Sequence record: MH051915
DNA from: Enterobacteria phage vB_EcoM_IME339
Strand: one strand, 5' to 3'
Length of the DNA stretch: 64,000 nt
Shown here: positions 1 to 8,938 of the stretch, piece after piece
How positions within the stretch are numbered: position 1 is the stretch's first letter
How the letters are laid out: every line of letters starts with the position of its first letter
The notes under the pieces: generated by a model
The model's input: only the letters and a program-made list of their open reading frames with translations
Told to the model about the DNA's origin: nothing
The model's database searches: none
Made by a program: the position numbers and the translations under genes

Positions 1-140
1 CCGAAAGGTTGGGGCTTTTTGGTATCTAGGCCTTTCTGGACCTCTCTAGTCATCATTTGGTTTATACCCTTTATAATATATTATCCTATCTTTTAATTGC
101 CCCTCCCTGCCCTAGAATTCCCTAAAACTTTTTAAAAAAT

Positions 141-229
141 TTTTCACAAAACGGTTTACATCTCTGTTCTTCCATGGTACTATACAACTATCAACTACTG
201 ATACAGAAAACAACTTGGAGAATGAAATG
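141..229 (+). promoter_or_regulatory. repeated promoter-leader cassette, copy 1
   Basis: GTTTAC (154-159), 18-nt spacer, TACTAT (178-183); conserved leader 'caactatcaactactgatacag'; GGAG SD; ATG 227. Same module recurs at five other sites. Confidence 0.6.
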
Positions 230-490
230 GATAATTACGGCGAACTGTTCAACTTCTTTATGAAATGCGTTTCAGAAGATTTCGGTCGTACAGTGAATGA
301 TATTAAAGTTATCGGTCCTGATCATCCGATGTTTGAAACTTACGCAGTAATGGGTAATGAAGATGGTCAGTGGTATACTGTAAAGGTTGTGATTAACATG
401 TTTACAGCAGAAGGTTATGTTAAACTGTCTTCTAAAGTTTACCACGATAACGACGAAATCGCAGAAGAATATTTCAATAATATGAAATAA
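227..490 (+). CDS. hypothetical protein (87 aa), first cargo gene behind cassette copy 1
   Basis: ORF track 215..490 (TTG); internal ATG at 227 follows GGAG SD. Confidence 0.5.
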   Translation: MDNYGELFNFFMKCVSEDFGRTVNDIKVIGPDHPMFETYAVMGNEDGQWYTVKVVINMFTAEGYVKLSSKVYHDNDEIAEEYFNNMK

Positions 491-545
491 GTTTACACAG
501 GCTCATGATTGAGATATTATGAGCCTGTAACTTGAGGAGAACATA

Positions 546-944
546 ATGAATATTGAAGATAAAGAAATGCGAGAGTTATATAATTCATTAACACCCGAAC
601 AACAAAAAGCTGCCAAAGAATTAGAGAAAGCTCTTAGTTTAAGCTTGACAAAAACTGATTGGGCCGCCGTGTATGAAGAAAAAATGAGGTCTGAAAATGA
701 AGCTATCGAGAGAAATGAATGGATTGTAAACACCAAGATTAGTTCTGATGGCTGCTCTGTTGAGGTGTCAGCTGTAGTTAAAGGTACTCATGGCGAAGAA
801 TCATGGGGCTGGCATAATGAGGCAAACAAATATATTGTTCTCTCAACGTCAAAAACTTATGGTCAAAAGGTTCCTGTATCCAAAGCTATTATTAAGCAAG
901 CTCAATGGGAAGCCAATGAAATCTGTCTCGCAAAAATGAAATAA
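546..944 (+). CDS. hypothetical protein (132 aa)
   Basis: ORF with GAGGAG SD; hairpin-embedded promoter-like GTTTACA upstream (491-526). Confidence 0.5.
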   Translation: MNIEDKEMRELYNSLTPEQQKAAKELEKALSLSLTKTDWAAVYEEKMRSENEAIERNEWIVNTKISSDGCSVEVSAVVKGTHGEESWGWHNEANKYIVLSTSKTYGQKVPVSKAIIKQAQWEANEICLAKMK

Positions 945-1018
945 CATGTTTACATTTCTCAAATAACAGGATATAATTCTACACGGATTTTAAATCTTAA
1001 TCAACCTAAGGAAATATT

Positions 1019-1612
1019 ATGAACACACTGAAGAAAATTGTTGAGTTTATTCGCACTAAACTTGGTTCTGCTATGGCTAAAAATCTATCTGTCGAAGAAC
1101 AGTATACTGCTGCAGCAGCAAAACTACTTGATAAAATTAAAGATCTAAAAACTGCTTCTGTTAAATCTATTAATGAAGAAAAACGTATTCGTGAACTTAT
1201 TGTCGAAAAGAATCGACAGGCTGAATCAAAAGAGCGTGAAATTCGTAAACTTCTTTCCGAAGGTCAAGATGTAACAATGCACGCTAAACTCGGCTTGCTA
1301 TATCGTCGAACGGCTGAGCAGTTGACTACTAAGGCTGACGGTTATGCTGAAATGCGAATTGAAATCGCTAAGAAAGTAGTTGAGTTAGATGATGCTCGTC
1401 AAGAACTTGCAGTTAAATTGGAATATATCCGTGAAACTCGTGCAGCAAATGCCCTTGGAATTAGTACTGCAGATGATGTAGTTGAAATCGCAGCGCTGAC
1501 TAAGGTTGATATTGAAGATACCCTTGCTCGAGTTGAAACCTTTAACGGTAATATTTCCGGGGTTGAAACTACCTCTGCCGATGTCCAGGAATATATTAAT
1601 TCTCTGAAATAA
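1019..1612 (+). CDS. coiled-coil protein (197 aa), possibly PspA/IM30-like
   Basis: Heptad-rich Lys/Glu sequence; followed by UUCG-hairpin terminator. PspA resemblance is by eye only. Confidence 0.5.
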   Translation: MNTLKKIVEFIRTKLGSAMAKNLSVEEQYTAAAAKLLDKIKDLKTASVKSINEEKRIRELIVEKNRQAESKEREIRKLLSEGQDVTMHAKLGLLYRRTAEQLTTKADGYAEMRIEIAKKVVELDDARQELAVKLEYIRETRAANALGISTADDVVEIAALTKVDIEDTLARVETFNGNISGVETTSADVQEYINSLK

Positions 1613-1617
1613 TGATA

Positions 1618-1640
1618 AGGGGCTTCGGCCCCTATTACTT
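1618..1640 (+). terminator. intrinsic terminator-like hairpin (aggggCTTCGgcccct)
   Basis: GC stem with UUCG loop after ORF 1019..1612; weak T-run. Confidence 0.5.
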
Positions 1641-1653
1641 GGAGTAAATAGGA

Positions 1654-2259
1654 ATGAAAATGCAAAGTGATTTCAATTCAATGTTTGAAGAGTTCCAAAG
1701 ACAGGTTGATGTTCCAGACCAATTACTAAATGCTCTTAAACGTATGGCAGAAGGACGTAATTATTATTGGGGGTCTTCATATGAAACTGATGAAAGTCTT
1801 TCTGGATTTTATAAAGGTAAAAAGTCTTTAATACGTCCTGGAATACTTATTAAAAGTATTGAATCAATTCATTCATTGACATGTGATTTTGATGTTGAAT
1901 TTACTGATTTCATTTCTCCTGAATGGACAGTTTGTTATTTAAATGACGATTATGATTATCTTGGCGTTTATAGTTTAAGTGACGCATGGTTTAAACGTAA
2001 TTTACAAAAGTCAAATTTGTTCTATATTGATACTACGGTAAAATTTCAGGGAAAGAAATATTTCTTTACTCTTATAGTTGATTCTGAAACAAAGCATGAA
2101 AATAAACGTATTCTTAGCAAAAAGAATATCTTAACTATTGTTGATGATCTTTTTGATAAATTCGTGGAAAATCCTAATTTTGAAAGCGATTTATTATTAG
2201 AAAAATTTGTTAAGGAATGTAGAGAATATGTCAAAGCCATCACTATACCTTCCAAGTAA
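1654..2259 (+). CDS. hypothetical protein (201 aa) sharing C-terminal junction motif with the next three genes
   Basis: C-terminus ...EKFVKECRE resembles the ...ECRK(I/L)K tails of the following ORFs. Confidence 0.5.
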   Translation: MKMQSDFNSMFEEFQRQVDVPDQLLNALKRMAEGRNYYWGSSYETDESLSGFYKGKKSLIRPGILIKSIESIHSLTCDFDVEFTDFISPEWTVCYLNDDYDYLGVYSLSDAWFKRNLQKSNLFYIDTTVKFQGKKYFFTLIVDSETKHENKRILSKKNILTIVDDLFDKFVENPNFESDLLLEKFVKECREYVKAITIPSK

Positions 2260-2620
2260 ACCTGTGAAGTATGAATTAAAGCGCCAGCTAATTTCTACTG
2301 ATGTATTAATAGGTCCTGTTATACTCATATCATTTGTAATTCTATTGATTATTGGAGGTGTTTTAGATGTTATGACTGATATTGATTCTGGCGAAATACT
2401 TGTGTTAATGCTAATTCTTCCATTAATAGTTCCACTTTTATTAGTACCTGTAAATTGGATAGGATATTGGTATCAAGGAAGACATTATCGTAAACGTGTA
2501 CGTGATTGGAAAGCACAGTGTAAAAAGATTAAAAAGGAACACCAGCTTAAACTTGTTGAGTATGAATTTAATGAAATTATGAAATTTGTTAAGGAATCAC
2601 GATGCAAAAGCCAAAACTAA
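2228..2620 (+). CDS. small membrane protein (about 130 aa, two predicted TM helices), paralog family
   Basis: ORF track 2207..2620; internal ATG at 2228; hydrophobic segments; C-terminal ...FVKESRC. Confidence 0.45.
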   Translation: MSKPSLYLPSKPVKYELKRQLISTDVLIGPVILISFVILLIIGGVLDVMTDIDSGEILVLMLILPLIVPLLLVPVNWIGYWYQGRHYRKRVRDWKAQCKKIKKEHQLKLVEYEFNEIMKFVKESRCKSQN

Positions 2621-2964
2621 ATAAAGTCAAATATTCGTTCCCCGAGGCACTATTAATTCTTGCCGTGTCAGTATTTGCAGCTCTTGCTGGTAGTCTTATT
2701 GGATTGTTAATTGACTGTATTATTTTAAACATCGATGGTTCAGCAATTATAACAGAGGTTTGGAGTGAACTTCGTTTTACTATAGCGATTACATTATTTT
2801 CATTCTTTGGTACCATGCTATATTTTCATTATGATAATTTTAAAATAAATTGGCAAAGAAAAAAGGATTACAAAATACAATTAAAAGAATATAATAGCTA
2901 CATGTCTTATATTGAAAATGAATCAATGAAAGAGTTTGTGAGTGATTGCAGGAAAATCAAATGA
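2602..2964 (+). CDS. small membrane protein (120 aa), paralog family
   Basis: Two hydrophobic helices; C-terminus ...EFVSDCRKIK; stop overlaps next ATG (AAATGA). Confidence 0.5.
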   Translation: MQKPKLNKVKYSFPEALLILAVSVFAALAGSLIGLLIDCIILNIDGSAIITEVWSELRFTIAITLFSFFGTMLYFHYDNFKINWQRKKDYKIQLKEYNSYMSYIENESMKEFVSDCRKIK

Positions 2965-3449
2965 TTTTAAAAACTCGCTGGTATGATTTAGATGACGGGG
3001 ATGATGGCATTTCAGTTGATAGAGTTGACTGGAATGGCTGTTCCGAAGATATGAAAAATTTGCTGATTAGGGAGTTTAGAATGGGATATCAACCAGTTAA
3101 GCCATCTACTGCAACAGATGATAAATTCGTGTGTATTCATAATGGTCGCGCTAAATTAACGAACGCTGATTGGTTCACAGATAAGATTATGATTCTGTGG
3201 TATATTATTAGTTTTCCTGTGACATCATTTGTATTTTGCTTCTTTGGAGAAAGTCCAGTAGGCAGAACGGAAGATTGGATTCTTTTAATTATACTTGTTA
3301 ATATTTTTACAGCAGCAGTACTATCAGGAATATGGTGCGTGTTCATTGAAATGCCATGGCGGTTACGTAGGCAGCAAAAGATTTTTGATGAAAAGAAATA
3401 TACTCAAAATTTAAATAATTTTATCACTGAATGCAGGAAATTAAAATGA
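2961..3449 (+). CDS. small membrane protein (162 aa), paralog family
   Basis: ORF track 2946 (TTG); ATG at 2961; hydrophobic helices; C-terminus ...FITECRKLK overlapping nudE start. Confidence 0.5.
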   Translation: MILKTRWYDLDDGDDGISVDRVDWNGCSEDMKNLLIREFRMGYQPVKPSTATDDKFVCIHNGRAKLTNADWFTDKIMILWYIISFPVTSFVFCFFGESPVGRTEDWILLIILVNIFTAAVLSGIWCVFIEMPWRLRRQQKIFDEKKYTQNLNNFITECRKLK

Positions 3450-3886
3450 AAACATTATCAGCTGGTATTATCTTTATGACAGAAGATAAAGATTTATTTA
3501 TGGGACGAGTTACTGGTTCTCGTAAGCCTGGAATGATGGCACATCGTTGGGATATTCCAAAGGGGCGTGTAGAAAGTTCTGATTTGAATGCACTGGAAGC
3601 TGCAAAAAGAGAATGTTTAGAAGAGACTGGCTTTAGTAATTATAATCCAGACCTTCTAGAAGACCTAGGTGTATTTAAATATTCTAGTAATAAAGACTTA
3701 CAGTTGTTTTATTATACGATTCCAGTAGAGCATGAGATGTTTAGAAATTGCCATTGTGAGTCTTATTTTGAAAATAAAGATGGCGTTATGATTCCAGAGA
3801 TGGATGCTTTTGCTCTTATTCCTCGTACTCAGTGGCAATATGTGATGGCTCCTTCACTTTACCGAATAATGAACAGCCTCTTTTAA
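3446..3886 (+). CDS. nudE: Nudix hydrolase (T4 NudE / e.1-like)
   Basis: Nudix box GRVESSDLNALEAAKRECLEETGF; sits immediately upstream of lysozyme e as in T4. Confidence 0.8.
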   Translation: MKTLSAGIIFMTEDKDLFMGRVTGSRKPGMMAHRWDIPKGRVESSDLNALEAAKRECLEETGFSNYNPDLLEDLGVFKYSSNKDLQLFYYTIPVEHEMFRNCHCESYFENKDGVMIPEMDAFALIPRTQWQYVMAPSLYRIMNSLF

Positions 3887-4417
<531 letters not shown>

Positions 4418-4421
4418 AGTT

Positions 4422-4451
4422 GTTTACTTTCTCCTAGAATTGTGATAGTAT
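4422..4451 (+). promoter_or_regulatory. early promoter upstream of denV
   Basis: GTTTAC, 18-nt spacer, TAGTAT. Confidence 0.5.
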
Positions 4452-4476
4452 ATTCACAGTTACTTGGAGGGATAAA

Positions 4477-4893
4477 ATGACTCGTATTAATTTGACTTTA
4501 GTATCTGAACTTGCTGATCAACATTTAATCGCAGAATACCGTGAACTGCCGCGTGTTTTTGGTATAGTTCGTAAACATGTTGCAAATGGTAAACGGGTTA
4601 AAGATTTTAAAATATCTTCCGAGTTTATTTTAGGTTCTGGTCATGTTACGTTCTTTTATGATAAGTTAGAATTTTTGCGAAAGCGTCAATCAGACATTAT
4701 AACGGAATGCTTAAAACGTGGGTTTAGTATAAAAGATACTGAAGTTCCTGACATCAGCGATATTCCAGCAGAATGGAAAAATGATTATAATCCATGCAAA
4801 TCAGCTATTAAGTTGAGTCAACAACGACTCGATGAAAAAATTTTAATGAAGCCACACTGGTATAAATACTACGGTAAAAATATTTACATTTAA
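4477..4893 (+). CDS. denV: endonuclease V (pyrimidine dimer glycosylase)
   Basis: 138 aa, [28 protein letters not shown]; strong similarity to recalled T4 DenV. Confidence 0.93.
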   Translation: MTRINLTLVSELADQHLIAEYRELPRVFGIVRKHVANGKRVKDFKISSEFILGSGHVTFFYDKLEFLRKRQSDIITECLKRGFSIKDTEVPDISDIPAEWKNDYNPCKSAIKLSQQRLDEKILMKPHWYKYYGKNIYI

Positions 4894-4902
4894 AGGAAAC
4901 AC

Positions 4903-5376
4903 ATGAAAACATATCAAGAATTTATCACTGAAGCAGCTATTAATTCTCAAATTATTGCTGAATCTTTTACTGATCTTTTGAAATTTAAAAAAGGTCAAAA
5001 AATCACTGCTGTATTGGATGATGGTACAGAAGTTGAGATGGATGTACAGGGATATAATTATGCAGTAGATGGAAAACTGTATAATAAATCTCACGCTAAA
5101 TTTGATTCATTTGACGACTTTGTTAATACAGTTGAAGATGAAAAAACTCGTAGATCAATTTCAACTGGCGATGCTAAGGTTCTTATGGCGCACGGCCATG
5201 AACGTATCCGCGCCAAACAGAATAAAATGGGTGAAGATAATTTTGCATTAGTTGGTTATCAATCTGGTAAGCAAACTTATGGCTATCAGCGTACTGCTAC
5301 CATGTATAACAAAAATGGTAAAATCGCTTTCGTGAATAGCAAAGGCTCTATTCAGTACGTCAAATCATTCAAATAA
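4903..5376 (+). CDS. internal protein with capsid-targeting N-terminus (IPII/IPIII-like)
   Basis: Starts MKTYQEFITEA, the CTS motif of T4 internal proteins; basic 157-aa body. Lies after denV rather than between e and denV. Confidence 0.7.
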   Translation: MKTYQEFITEAAINSQIIAESFTDLLKFKKGQKITAVLDDGTEVEMDVQGYNYAVDGKLYNKSHAKFDSFDDFVNTVEDEKTRRSISTGDAKVLMAHGHERIRAKQNKMGEDNFALVGYQSGKQTYGYQRTATMYNKNGKIAFVNSKGSIQYVKSFK

Positions 5377-5529
5377 GCAAATAAGAAATATGGGAACAAG
5401 CTGGACCTCATGATTCTATGAGGGATTCCCGCCAACCTGTAATAAGGTCGAGCCTGAGTGCGGTAATGGGTAAATACAGAAATGGACAATTCATGCGCCA
5501 TGGAATGGCCCAAATTTAGAGAGAATAAA

Positions 5530-6069
5530 ATGAGAACATTTTTAACTGGTCCTTATCTATCCCTGATGAATGCTTTTACACACCATTCTGATGCTAGAGT
5601 AGAAGAAATTTGTAAAAACGATTATATCCCACCATTTGAAGACTTACTCAAACAGTATTGCACACTTCGACTAGATGGTGGACGTCAATCTGGTAAATCA
5701 ACTGCTGTGACTAACTTTGCTGCTAATTGGCTGTATGACGGTGGAACAGTTATTGTTCTTTCTAATACTTCAGCTTACGCTAAAATTTCTGCGGGCCACA
5801 TTAAAAAAGAATTTTCGCGTTATTCTAATGATGATATTCGATTCCGCTTATTTACTGATTCTGTGCGCAGTTTTATTGGCAATAAAGGAAGCAAGTTCAG
5901 GGGTTTATTGCTTTCGCGAATTTTGTATATAATTGATGAGCCTGTTAAAGCTCCCGATATGGATAAAATTTATGATATTCATATTGACACTGTACATTAC
6001 TGTTGCAATAGCAAGTGTTGCATTGGTGGTATTACTCGCCCGCAGTTTTTCGTAATTGGAATGCAATGA
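5530..6069 (+). CDS. small P-loop NTPase (about 180 aa)
   Basis: Walker A GGRQSGKST, Walker B-like ILYIIDEP; ORF track 5482..6069, ATG 5530 chosen. Confidence 0.5.
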   Translation: MRTFLTGPYLSLMNAFTHHSDARVEEICKNDYIPPFEDLLKQYCTLRLDGGRQSGKSTAVTNFAANWLYDGGTVIVLSNTSAYAKISAGHIKKEFSRYSNDDIRFRLFTDSVRSFIGNKGSKFRGLLLSRILYIIDEPVKAPDMDKIYDIHIDTVHYCCNSKCCIGGITRPQFFVIGMQ

Positions 6070-6395
6070 TGACAGATACGCAACTTTTCGAATATCTTTA
6101 TTTTTCGCCAAAAACTATTAAAAATAAATTGGTGAATCATTTTGAAATTTTGGCAAATAACAACGTCTTGAGCGAATTTTATCCTAAGCAATACAAATTA
6201 CAAAAAGGTGTATTCAAAGGATGCAGAGTTTTGTGTACTGCTCCTAATGCAAGATTAATGAATAAAATTCCATATTTTACCATGGAATTTATTGATGGAC
6301 CTTTTAAAGGACTAATCACCCAAAGTTTAATGGCATATGATTCTGAGCCATTTTTAATTAAAGAACAATCTTGGATAAATTTATTTTCTAATTGA
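6066..6395 (+). CDS. hypothetical protein (109 aa)
   Basis: ATG at 6066 overlaps upstream stop (ATGA); ORF track 6015..6395. Confidence 0.45.
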   Translation: MMTDTQLFEYLYFSPKTIKNKLVNHFEILANNNVLSEFYPKQYKLQKGVFKGCRVLCTAPNARLMNKIPYFTMEFIDGPFKGLITQSLMAYDSEPFLIKEQSWINLFSN

Positions 6396-6403
6396 GAGGT
6401 TAT

Positions 6404-6766
6404 ATGAAAGCATATCAAATTCTTGAAGGCACGCATAAAGGTACTATTTATTTTGAAGATGGTATTCAAGCGCGAATTATTGTTTCTAAAACCTTTAAAG
6501 AGGACTCTTTTGTAGACCCAGAAATTTTCTATGGTTTGCATGCCCGTGAAATTGAAATTGAAACACAACCTACAGTTAAAATTGAAGGTGGTCAACACCT
6601 GAACGTTAACGTTCTGCGTCGTGAAACTCTGGAAGATGCAGTTAAGCATCCGGAAAAATATCCGCAGCTGACCATCCGTGTATCCGGTTATGCAGTTCGC
6701 TTTAACTCTCTGACTCCGGAACAGCAACGCGACGTTATTGCTCGTACCTTTACTGAGAGTTTGTAA
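6404..6766 (+). CDS. autonomous glycyl-radical cofactor (GrcA/YfiD-like; T4 Y06I-like)
   Basis: C-terminal RVSGYAVRF glycyl-radical motif; last ~60 aa recalled as matching E. coli GrcA; local GC/codon shift. Confidence 0.85.
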   Translation: MKAYQILEGTHKGTIYFEDGIQARIIVSKTFKEDSFVDPEIFYGLHAREIEIETQPTVKIEGGQHLNVNVLRRETLEDAVKHPEKYPQLTIRVSGYAVRFNSLTPEQQRDVIARTFTESL

Positions 6767-6987
6767 TGGCAAAGATAATTATTGAAGGTTCTGAAGATGT
6801 GTTAAATGCTTTCGCCGAATGGTTTAGTAATTCAGGCGAACAGCAATTTAATGAAGCGTGGAACATGGGTGATATTAGTGGAATTTATCCTACGACAGAA
6901 ATTTCTGTTCAAGGATATGGAATTCATGAACCTATTCGTTTAGTTGAATATGATTTATGTACTGGTGAGGAAGTCAAATATGATTGA
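6766..6987 (+). CDS. hypothetical protein (73 aa)
   Basis: ORF; start overlaps upstream stop (TAATG). Confidence 0.45.
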   Translation: MAKIIIEGSEDVLNAFAEWFSNSGEQQFNEAWNMGDISGIYPTTEISVQGYGIHEPIRLVEYDLCTGEEVKYD

Positions 6988-7246
6988 AGATATTAAGGGT
7001 TATAAGCCACATACTGAAGAGAAAATCGGTAAAGTGAATGCTATCAAAGATGCTGAAGTTCGTTTAGGACTTATCTTTGATGCTTTATATGATGAATTCT
7101 GGGAAGCACTAGATAATTGTGAAGACTGTGAATTCGCGAAGAATTATGCTGAAAGCCTTGATCAGTTAACTATTGCTAAAACTAAACTCAAAGAAGCCAG
7201 TATGTGGGCTTGTCGTGCTGTGTTCCAACCAGAGGAAAAATATTAA
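6980..7246 (+). CDS. hypothetical protein (88 aa)
   Basis: ORF track 6944..7246; ATG 6980 overlaps upstream stop. Confidence 0.4.
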   Translation: MIEDIKGYKPHTEEKIGKVNAIKDAEVRLGLIFDALYDEFWEALDNCEDCEFAKNYAESLDQLTIAKTKLKEASMWACRAVFQPEEKY

Positions 7247-7524
7247 TGGCTCAATTAAGCGCAGGGTTTGGTTATGAGTATTATACTGCCCCTCGTCGTG
7301 TATCTGTCGCTCCTAAGAAAATTCAAAGTCTTGATGACTTCCAAGAAGTAGTCCGTAAAGCTTTCCAGGACTACGCACGTTATCTTAAAGAAGATTCACA
7401 GGACTGTCTCGAAGAAGATGAAATTGCTTACTATGAGCAGCGTCTTGAACAGCTTAAAAACCTACATGAGGTTCGTGCAGAAGTTACAAAGTCTATGAAT
7501 AAATTGATTAGATTTAAAGAATAA
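7246..7524 (+). CDS. hypothetical protein (92 aa)
   Basis: ORF track 7204..7524; ATG 7246 overlaps upstream stop. Confidence 0.45.
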   Translation: MAQLSAGFGYEYYTAPRRVSVAPKKIQSLDDFQEVVRKAFQDYARYLKEDSQDCLEEDEIAYYEQRLEQLKNLHEVRAEVTKSMNKLIRFKE

Positions 7525-7526
7525 CT

Positions 7527-7556
7527 GTTTACTTTTCCTCTTGACTGTGGTATAAT
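7527..7556 (+). promoter_or_regulatory. early promoter upstream of regB
   Basis: GTTTAC, 18-nt spacer, TGTGGTATAAT. Confidence 0.6.
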
Positions 7557-7583
7557 TTTTCTATCAGTTAAGAGGAGAATAAC

Positions 7584-8045
7584 ATGACTATCAACACAGA
7601 AGTTTTTATCCGTCGAAATAAGCTCCGTCGTCACTTTGAGTCGGAGTTTCGTCAAATTAACAATGAGATTCGTGAGGCATCAAAAGCAGCAGGGGTCTCA
7701 TCGTTTCATCTAAAATATTCTCAACATCTTCTTGATCGTGCAATTCAACGGGAGATTGATGAGACATATGTTTTTGAATTATTCCACAAAATAAAAGACC
7801 ATGTTTTAGAAGTTAATGAATTCCTGAGTATGCCTCCACGCCCTGATATTGACGAAGATTTTATTGATGGTGTTGAATATCGTCCTGGGCGTTTAGAAAT
7901 CACAGATGGAAATCTTTGGCTTGGATTTACAGTTTGTAAACCTAATGCGAAGTTCAAAGACCCGTCGCTTCAATGCAGGATGGCAATTATCAACAGTCGT
8001 CGTTTACCGGGAAAGGCTTCTAAGGCAGTAATTAAAACTCAATGA
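7584..8045 (+). CDS. regB: RegB site-specific endoribonuclease
   Basis: 153 aa, MTINTEVFIRRNKLRRHFESEF...; length and sequence as recalled for T4 RegB. Confidence 0.9.
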   Translation: MTINTEVFIRRNKLRRHFESEFRQINNEIREASKAAGVSSFHLKYSQHLLDRAIQREIDETYVFELFHKIKDHVLEVNEFLSMPPRPDIDEDFIDGVEYRPGRLEITDGNLWLGFTVCKPNAKFKDPSLQCRMAIINSRRLPGKASKAVIKTQ

Positions 8046-8052
8046 GGTAAGC

Positions 8053-8598
8053 ATGAGAAAAGCACTACTCGCTGGTCTATTGGCCATTTCTATGATGGCA
8101 CATAGCTCCGAGCATACTTTCAGTAATGTCCAACTCGATAACATGCGTTACGCGTATCAATTCGGGGAACAATTTTCTAAGGATGGAAAATATAAAACAC
8201 ACAAAAATATCCACAAGAGCGGATTAGGCCATATAATGGCTGCTATTTTATGGCAAGAAAGCTCTGCCGGAGTTAATTTAAAATCTAAACCAAAGCATCA
8301 CGCTTATGGAATGTTCCAAAATTATTTGCCTACTATGCGAGCGAGAGTTAAGGAACTTGGTTATAATATGACCGATGCTGAAATAAAAAGAATGTTGAAT
8401 AAACGGTCCAATTCAGCTTCCTGGGCGTACATTGAACTTTCTTATTGGTTAAATATACATAAGGGCGATATAAGAAAGGCAATATCCTCTTATAATTCGG
8501 GATGGAATGTTAAAGCAGGTTCTAAATATGCTTCTGAAGTCCTAGAAAAGGCTAATTACCTTAAAAATAATAAACTTTTGGAAATAGTAAATGACTAA
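8053..8598 (+). CDS. secreted lytic transglycosylase-like protein (vs.1 position)
   Basis: N-terminal signal peptide; Slt-like core (...ESSAG...YGMFQ...). Confidence 0.65.
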   Translation: MRKALLAGLLAISMMAHSSEHTFSNVQLDNMRYAYQFGEQFSKDGKYKTHKNIHKSGLGHIMAAILWQESSAGVNLKSKPKHHAYGMFQNYLPTMRARVKELGYNMTDAEIKRMLNKRSNSASWAYIELSYWLNIHKGDIRKAISSYNSGWNVKAGSKYASEVLEKANYLKNNKLLEIVND

Positions 8599-8938
8599 AA
8601 TTTTGGTTTTATGTATAGGATTAATTTCATTTTCTGCTTCTGCGTTAGCAAATACATCATATACTGAAATTAGAGAGTATGTAAATCGCACTGCGGCAGA
8701 TTATTGTGGGAAAAATAAAGCATGCCAAGCTGAATTTGCGCAGAAATTAATATATGCATATAAAGACGGAGAAAGAGATAAATCAAGCAGATACAAAAAC
8801 GATACATTATTAAAACGATATGCTAAAAAGTGGAATACCTTAGAATGTTCAGTTGCGGAGGAGAAAGATAAAGCCGCTTGTCATTCAATGGTTGACCGTT
8901 TGGTAGATTCTTATAATCGAGGATTGAGTACTAGATGA
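8591..8938 (+). CDS. secreted Cys-containing protein (115 aa; vs position)
   Basis: Signal peptide MTKILVLCIGLISFSASALA; four Cys in mature part. Confidence 0.5.
   Translation: MTKILVLCIGLISFSASALANTSYTEIREYVNRTAADYCGKNKACQAEFAQKLIYAYKDGERDKSSRYKNDTLLKRYAKKWNTLECSVAEEKDKAACHSMVDRLVDSYNRGLSTR

Noticed and set aside
5390-5475. tRNA gene in the GC-rich intergenic segment (also considered for 1..100)
   Set aside because: No cloverleaf could be drawn: no 7-bp acceptor stem or T-loop (GTTCRANNC-like) consensus; kept only as a possible structured element.
5717-5932. Internal + strand ORF 5717..5932 (71 aa)
   Set aside because: It lies inside the P-loop NTPase gene in another frame with no independent start signals.
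6179-6772. Long minus-strand ORFs (6179..6772, 61630..62190, 59662..60120, 23381..23794 and similar)
   Set aside because: They lie entirely antisense to well-supported + strand genes, are low-complexity or hydrophobic as expected for antisense of AT-rich coding DNA, and lack SD or promoter context.
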